13,188 nt of DNA from Nitrosopumilaceae archaeon. GTDB taxonomy: Archaea > Thermoproteota > Nitrososphaeria > Nitrososphaerales > Nitrosopumilaceae. The stretch is taken from the NCBI GenBank assembly GCA_965214835.1, contig CBDCCK010000001.1, positions 1 to 13,188 on the forward strand, given 5' to 3'. The notes below the pieces were generated by a model that saw nothing but the letters and a program-made list of their open reading frames with translations, was not told where the DNA came from and did no database searches. The translations under genes were made by a program, and so were the position numbers. Of the stretch, positions 7,797 to 13,188 are shown one piece after another; position 1 is the first letter of the stretch, and every line of letters begins with the position of its first letter.

Positions 7797-8835
7797 GTGA
7801 AATCAAAGACGGTGCAACAACAACAGTATGTCGGCCTGGACGTGCACAAGGAGTCCATCTAGGTCGCGGTGATAGACAAGGACAGCAAGGTGCTGAGTAA
7901 CACAAGAGTCGACAACAAGGACAGCGAGATAAGAGAGACGTTTGCAAAGATTCCAAAGAATGCAAAGTGCGTCATGGAGTCCTCTTCAGTATGGTACGGG
8001 CTGTTCAGGTTCATTTCAGACAGTCTCAAAAGGGACGTGATCCTCTCAAACCCGTTTGAGACCAAGGCCATTGCCACATCAAAGAAAAAGACAGACAAGG
8101 TCGACGCGCAGATTCTGGCAGATCTTCTCAGGGGAGGATACATATCTGCATGCTACGTTCCCTCCGGCAGGACGGTACAGAACAAGCAGCTGACCAGGCA
8201 CCGCGCAAAGATGGTGCAGTCAAGAACCGTACTAAAGAACCAGATACACGCAATACTGCTGCAAAACAGGATACAGGTAAATGGGAGGCCCGTTCTCCAG
8301 ACCGTGGATCTCAAGGGTGAGAGAGCTTGACAACTTTAGGATAAATGACAAATTAAGCATAATTGACTCTATAAACGACAGAATAGTAGGCATTGACATG
8401 CGCATCAAGAGCGCGGTTGCCGACAATCCGGATGCAGTCTTACTGTCGTCGATTCCCGGGTTTGGCAGCTATACCGCGCTGACCATCGCATCGGAGATAG
8501 ACGGCGTTGACAGGTTTGCCGACTCACACAAGCTGTGCGCGTATGCCGGACTGGTGCCGTCTGTGAGAAACTCGGCAGACACCGTCCACTATGGCAGGAT
8601 AACAAAGAGGGGCAGCTCCATGATGAGGTGGCTCCTGGTGGAGTCAGTGCACAGCCACGTAAGATACGCGTCGTCAGACTCGCCGATATCCGTGTTTTAC
8701 AGAAGGACTGCAAGGAAGAGGGGAATGTCCAAGGCTACGGTGGCTGCCGCATCCAAGCTACTGCGCATATCATACTGGATGCTAAAGAAGAGGATGGCCT
8801 TCAAGCAGTGCATAGGAGATATGTGTGTGAAATGA
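7797..8835 (+). pseudogene. IS110-family DEDD transposase/recombinase, inactivated
   Basis: From GTG 7797 (GAGG at 7787-7790) the translation is MKSKTVQQQQYVGLDVHKESI*VAVID, with an in-frame TAG at 7860-7862. VMES and KKKTDKVDAQILADLLR follow. A +1 frameshift near 8289-8291 leads to SIPGFG, AEI-like SEIDGVDRF, YAGLVPSVRNSA, GRITKRGS and ATVAAASKL. Confidence 0.92.
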
Positions 8836-8859
8836 ATGCTAGCATCATCCCCATCATCA

Positions 8860-9010
8860 TTACAGTTAGAACTTTAATCTGCGTTAAACTAGTTGAGGGA
8901 GATCCTCGCTTTGTAACTGCAGAACGGTTCTGACAAATGGATGAAGAATGGTGCTGAGGGAGATCCTCGTATAGATAAGTGTCCGACCTTCATTTTGGGA
9001 TTGTCAGGAA
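8860..9010 (+). ncRNA. Candidate IS110/IS1111-type bridge (seek) RNA in the downstream non-coding end
   Basis: Two modules each begin with an identical 15-mer TGAGGGAGATCCTCG (8894-8908, 8955-8969). Each ATCC can pair with a downstream GGAT to close an internal loop; module 1 carries the hairpin CAGAA-CGG-TTCTG. TGACAA/TTGTCA and ATGAAG/CTTCAT offer alternative pairings. Boundaries are approximate. Confidence 0.5.
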
Positions 9011-9257
9011 GAGACCCCCAGTCAAAGCCATGCCTCACAACACCGTTGCGCGTGGAATTCTTATAAACACGACACATAGATAACAGTTCGGGCTCTGGAA
9101 GTTCAGGCGTGAGTTTTGCCACCTCGGAGATCTCTCCCAGACAGATTCGTGCCTGAAATCAGGAACAGCTTCGAGCCCGAGCTGTTATGCAACTACACCA
9201 ACCCCTCCGTCAGGCGCAGATTAGTGTCCATGTGGGTCAAGATCCGGTAATTATGGA

Positions 9258-10139
9258 TCATTTCTCAATGCCTAAGATAAAACCGATTCGACAGTTTTCA
9301 TGCTTTTCTTGGCAAAGACGATGATGCGGTGGACGTTCTATCTCACTAATAATCCTAAAACCCACACTATTGAACATTCTTTTCAATGAATGCTTCAAAG
9401 GCCAAAATGACCTTGTATTTCCATAAGATGCCCACAAGAAAGATTCGATTTCATCAAGACTGGCATTGCTCGCGTATTCGTGGCTCCACCTTCCTTGATA
9501 ATCTTTAGAATCAAACACTTTACTCACTATAGGGCCACACTTATGACCGGATACATCTTCTAACGCTACGTGTGTGTCCACCATCATTAAACCATTTGAA
9601 TCTAACATTTCGTACATTTCTTGTAGAAAAACATACGGACTATCCAAATGATATAGAAGACCGCTGCAAATTATTACGTCAAACATTCCCAAGTCTAATG
9701 CCTTAACATCCTTCACATTTGCTTTGTAGAACTTCAAATTGTCTAATTTCAAGAGTTTCTTTACCAAGTTACATCTTTGGACGCTTAACTGTCTTGCCTC
9801 AATTCCTACAGCCTCCCTAGCCCCATATTTTACGGCCGCAGTAGCATATCCGCCTTCTAAACAACCAACATCCAGAACACGTTGTCCGTAAAAACTACCA
9901 CTTTTTTTTTCTAAAAGAGCTCGCATTCTAAAATCTTTTAAATGATCGGTACCCCCCCCCACCACAGTGTGTTGATTTTGCAGTATCTCAATATCATGTG
10001 CAGTGAAAGGAAGTAATTTATGAACTAGTTGTTGATCCTCATAACAAAGATCTTCAAATTGTTGAAGAGGTTGGACTGATTTTTCTCTTAAATCCATTTC
10101 TATTCTAACATCCGAAAACCATTTCGCCATATAAACCAC
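9258..10139 (-). CDS. Class I SAM-dependent methyltransferase (CmoB/DUF1698-like, probably glycan-associated)
   Basis: Motif I RVLDVGCLEGGY, AVGIEAR, and FDVIICSGLLYHLDSP are present. The gene is visibly more AT-rich than its flanks. The start could instead be ATG 10130. Confidence 0.88.
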   Translation of the reverse strand: MVYMAKWFSDVRIEMDLREKSVQPLQQFEDLCYEDQQLVHKLLPFTAHDIEILQNQHTVVGGGTDHLKDFRMRALLEKKSGSFYGQRVLDVGCLEGGYATAAVKYGAREAVGIEARQLSVQRCNLVKKLLKLDNLKFYKANVKDVKALDLGMFDVIICSGLLYHLDSPYVFLQEMYEMLDSNGLMMVDTHVALEDVSGHKCGPIVSKVFDSKDYQGRWSHEYASNASLDEIESFLWASYGNTRSFWPLKHSLKRMFNSVGFRIISEIERPPHHRLCQEKHENCRIGFILGIEK

Positions 10140-10380
10140 GAAAGGGCCATGTTTCGGTGTGTGATATGTGAAAAGTCGGTCCGCTAGTCATCCGTGTCCC
10201 TCCATCCATTTTGGGTCTTTCCTCATGATCGCATCCGTGGCCTCCTTGTTCCTAAACGTCAGAAGCGATGTCTCACAGTTGGTGATCAATGTTATGGCCG
10301 ACAGTGCCGCCTGAGGGACAAGAGCTTGCAACAACTACAGTGTACTGCATATCATTCAATTTAGGATCGGCTCTTGGTGA

Positions 10381-13188
10381 CTACGCCAATGATCCGGCAG
10401 CATGCAGTGCGGATACCTCGGATGCGGACATCTGGCCGGGCCTGATGTGCAGCTCGTCCAGGCTTGTGTTTCCTGCAGGATCCAGCCCCGTGCTGCTGGC
10501 ACCGATGCCGACCGGATGGTCGTTGAGTATGGAGCCGGACAGCGATGTGGCGCCTGCGGTGATCCCGGTGACGGGTTGCCCGTCCACATATACGGACATG
10601 CCTGCACGGGTGCCGCTGCCGTCATACGTGAATGCCACGTGGTGCCACGTGCCATCTGCCACGGAGCCGGGCGTGCGTACCTCCATGTATGCCGAACCGT
10701 CAGACAGCCTGAGGGATGCCTTGCCGCCGGCATTGGGGTTGAACCATATATCGGTTCCCTGCCTCCAAAAGCGCTCGGACTTTGACACCAGCGAGACGGT
10801 GGAGGAGGGCTCGTGATCCTTGTTTACCCAGAACGCGATGCTGAAGGCCTCGTCGGTGTCAAAGTCAAGGTCCGGCTCCCCTGCAAGCGTGACGTGCGTG
10901 TTATCCAGTATGGCTGCCCGACCCACGGGGCCTGCCGCGTATGATACGGAGCCTGCGCGTACGGTGCCCTCATGCATGCCGGAAGAGTCGGTCAGGTCGC
11001 CCTCAAATGCCAGGTGGGCGCCGGCCGTCTCGGGCGGGGCCGGCGGGGAGCCGGCAGCATGCAGTGCGGATACCTCGGATGCGGACATCTGGCCGGGCCT
11101 GATGTGCAGCTCGTCCAGGCTTGTGTTTCCTGCAGGATCCAGCCCCGTGCTGCTGGCACCGATGCCGACCGGATGGTCGTTGAGTATGGAGCCGGACAGC
11201 GATGTGGCGCCTGCGGTGATCCCGGTGACGGGTTGCCCGTCCACATATACGGACATGCCTGCACGGGTGCCGCTGCCGTCATACGTGAATGCCACGTGGT
11301 GCCACGTGCCATCTGCCACGGAGCCGGGCGTGCGTACCTCCATGTATGCCGAACCGTCAGACAGCCTGAGGGATGCCTTGCCGCCGGCATTGGGGTTGAA
11401 CCATATATCGGTTCCCTGCCTCCAAAAGCGCTCGGACTTTGACACCAGCGAGACGGTGGAGGAGGGCTCGTGATCCTTGTTTACCCAGAACGCGATGCTG
11501 AAGGCCTCGTCGGTGTCAAAGTCAAGGTCCGGCTCCCCTGCAAGCGTGACGTGCGTGTTATCCAGTATGGCTGCCCGACCCACGGGGCCTGCCGCGTATG
11601 ATACGGAGCCTGCGCGTACGGTGCCCTCATGCATGCCGGAAGAGTCGGTCAGGTCGCCCTCAAATGCCAGGTGGGCGCCGGCCGTCTCGGGCGGGGCCGG
11701 CGGGGAGCCGGCAGCATGCAGTGCGGATACCTCGGATGCGGACATCTGGCCGGGCCTGATGTGCAGCTCGTCCAGGCTTGTGTTTCCTGCAGGATCCAGC
11801 CCGGTGCTGCTGGCACCGATGCCGACCGGATGGTCGTTGAGTATGGAGCCGGACAGCGATGTGGCGCCTGCGGTGATCCCGGTGACGGGTTGCCCGTCCA
11901 CATATACGGACATGCCGCCTCTGTTCCCGCTGCCGTCATACGTGAATGCCACGTGGTGCCACGTGCCGTCTGCCACGGAGCCGGGCGTGCGTACCTCCAT
12001 GTATGCCGAACCGTCAGACAGCCTGAGGGATGCCTTGCCGCCGGCATTGGGGTTGAACCATATATCGGTTCCCTGCCTCCAAAAGCGCTCGGACTTTGAC
12101 ACCAGCGAGACGGTGGAGGAGGGCTCGTGATCCTTGTTTACCCAGAATGCGATGCTGAAGGCCTCGTCGGTGTCAAAGTCAAGGTCCGGCTCCCCTGCAA
12201 GCGTGACGTGCGTGTTATCCAGTATGGCTGCCCGACCCACGGGGCCTGCCGCGTATGATACGGAGCCTGCGCGTACGGTGCCCTCATGCATGCCGGAAGA
12301 GTCGGTCAGGTCGCCCTCAAATGCCAGGTGGGCGCCGGTATGTGGGGCCGGCGAACGCCTGGTGAGTTCAAACGAATTGATGGATTCATTTAGGAGATCC
12401 TCTAACAGATCATATGATGTGTAATCGGTCTCGGCAACCAACAACCATGCGTTTGTGCCGTCATGTATCTCCGCCACATGAGTACGCGTGTCATAGGTTT
12501 CAGCACTGATGTCGAACAGATGCGTTGAGGAATACTCTACATTGTATGCCTTGAGGCCAGAATCCAGTAGTGAAGTATACGAGTCAAGCACCAAAAAGTC
12601 ATAGCATATAAATCCGTCCACATCAAAGGAAGCCGAATTGCAGATCTGCCTTTCAAACTCAATAATCTCCTCAAAAATGCGCGATTCCGAAAATTGGGCA
12701 TAGTCCACTTCAAATAGGTAAACCTCAAGCCACGCATAGATGTCGTCACTGTAAAATCCCACCATATACGAGTCATCATAGAAATTGTCCGCATCATCGT
12801 TAACTAACCAAGACGACGGATATTGTATGGTGTATCGTAATGCTGAGTCTACAAACAGCTCCAACATATCACCCGTGTTGGAGGAGCCCTGTGCATGCAA
12901 TGCGGATACCTCGGATGCGGACATCTGGCCGGGCCTGATGTGCAGCTCGTCCAGGCTTGTGTTTCCTGCAGGATCCAGCCCGGTGCTGCTGGCACCGATG
13001 CCGACCGGATGGTCGTTGAGTATGGAGCCGGACAGCGATGTGGCGCCTGCGGTGATCTCGGTGACGGGTTGCCCGTCCACATATACGGACATGCCTGCAC
13101 GGGTGCCGCTGCCGTCATACGTGAATGCCACGTGGTGCCACGTGCCGTCTGCCACGGAGCCGGGCGTGCGTATCTCCATGTATGCAGA
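10381..13188 (-). CDS. Large surface protein with tandem LamG/concanavalin A-like domains and an acidic PsbP-like insert; 5' end outside the window
   Basis: Repeated AHLAFEG, GPVGRA, FSIAFWV, DGTWHHVAFTYDG, VYVDG, IGA, LDELHI and SASEVSAL motifs are typical of Laminin_G_3. A unique segment contains YTIQYPSSW. The frame is open to the window edge. Confidence 0.9.
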   Translation of the reverse strand, partial: SAYMEIRTPGSVADGTWHHVAFTYDGSGTRAGMSVYVDGQPVTEITAGATSLSGSILNDHPVGIGASSTGLDPAGNTSLDELHIRPGQMSASEVSALHAQGSSNTGDMLELFVDSALRYTIQYPSSWLVNDDADNFYDDSYMVGFYSDDIYAWLEVYLFEVDYAQFSESRIFEEIIEFERQICNSASFDVDGFICYDFLVLDSYTSLLDSGLKAYNVEYSSTHLFDISAETYDTRTHVAEIHDGTNAWLLVAETDYTSYDLLEDLLNESINSFELTRRSPAPHTGAHLAFEGDLTDSSGMHEGTVRAGSVSYAAGPVGRAAILDNTHVTLAGEPDLDFDTDEAFSIAFWVNKDHEPSSTVSLVSKSERFWRQGTDIWFNPNAGGKASLRLSDGSAYMEVRTPGSVADGTWHHVAFTYDGSGNRGGMSVYVDGQPVTGITAGATSLSGSILNDHPVGIGASSTGLDPAGNTSLDELHIRPGQMSASEVSALHAAGSPPAPPETAGAHLAFEGDLTDSSGMHEGTVRAGSVSYAAGPVGRAAILDNTHVTLAGEPDLDFDTDEAFSIAFWVNKDHEPSSTVSLVSKSERFWRQGTDIWFNPNAGGKASLRLSDGSAYMEVRTPGSVADGTWHHVAFTYDGSGTRAGMSVYVDGQPVTGITAGATSLSGSILNDHPVGIGASSTGLDPAGNTSLDELHIRPGQMSASEVSALHAAGSPPAPPETAGAHLAFEGDLTDSSGMHEGTVRAGSVSYAAGPVGRAAILDNTHVTLAGEPDLDFDTDEAFSIAFWVNKDHEPSSTVSLVSKSERFWRQGTDIWFNPNAGGKASLRLSDGSAYMEVRTPGSVADGTWHHVAFTYDGSGTRAGMSVYVDGQPVTGITAGATSLSGSILNDHPVGIGASSTGLDPAGNTSLDELHIRPGQMSASEVSALHAAGSLA
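10394..12338. repeat. 657-bp near-identical tandem repeat (10394-11050, 11051-11707, 11708-12338 truncated)
   Basis: The 657-bp period was confirmed at several anchors. The first two copies look identical by eye; the third differs at a few sites. Confidence 0.97.
12893..13188. repeat. Fourth (partial, window-truncated) copy of the LamG repeat
   Basis: Matches 10400-10695 with a handful of substitutions. Confidence 0.95.

Noticed and set aside
7860-7862. TAG as pyrrolysine or programmed readthrough in the IS110 transposase
   Set aside because: The same gene also has a frameshift, so decay (probably CAG to TAG) is the simpler explanation, and no pyl genes are seen.
7790-8833. GATATGTGTG(TG)AAAT at both the start and the end of the IS110 ORF as element termini
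   Set aside because: Both copies overlap the coding ends, which would exclude the non-coding end that IS110 elements need; it may be coincidental.
8889-9122. 77-aa minus-strand ORF
   Set aside because: It has no recognisable motif and overlaps the structured IS110 non-coding end.
10188-10298. Short minus-strand frame (AITLITNCETSLLTFRNKEATDAIMRKDPKWMEGHG*) as a transposase remnant
   Set aside because: The resemblance is too weak to support without a search.
10289-12424. Repeated 125-217 aa antisense and alternate-frame ORFs
   Set aside because: They are shadows of the LamG repeats and recur at the 657-bp period.
10394-13188. LamG repeats as a DGR template/variable repeat pair
   Set aside because: The differences are not adenine-specific, all copies lie in one ORF, and there is no reverse transcriptase in the window.

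Overview
The window looks like an accessory, surface-related region. An archaeal host, possibly Thaumarchaeota/Nitrososphaerota, is inferred from TATA-like boxes 20-30 nt before start codons and a PsbP-like domain. Almost all host genes lie on the minus strand. In transcription order (right to left) they are: (1) a large LamG/ConA-like repeat protein with near-identical 657-bp repeats, running off the window; (2) an AT-rich class I SAM methyltransferase with G9 and A9 tracts; (3) on the + strand, a decayed IS110 transposase (nonsense codon plus frameshift) followed by a structured non-coding end that looks like a bridge/seek RNA; (4) an 80-bp MITE-like element; (5) a very large four-GT2-domain glycosyltransferase with TPR and a repeat-expanded coiled coil, frameshifted at an A8 tract; (6) a small membrane-anchored protein resembling a stand-alone subtilase pro-domain; (7) a secreted S8 subtilase with no pro-domain of its own. 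The S8 gene is broken by a 1-bp deletion in the catalytic Asp codon and by an intact single-ORF IS66 element (23-bp perfect TIRs, 8-bp TSD). The most interesting candidates are the split pro-domain/protease pair, the possible tunable coiled-coil glycan ruler with homopolymer phase variation, and the IS110 RNA end. Family assignments come from motif recognition by eye; no searches were run.
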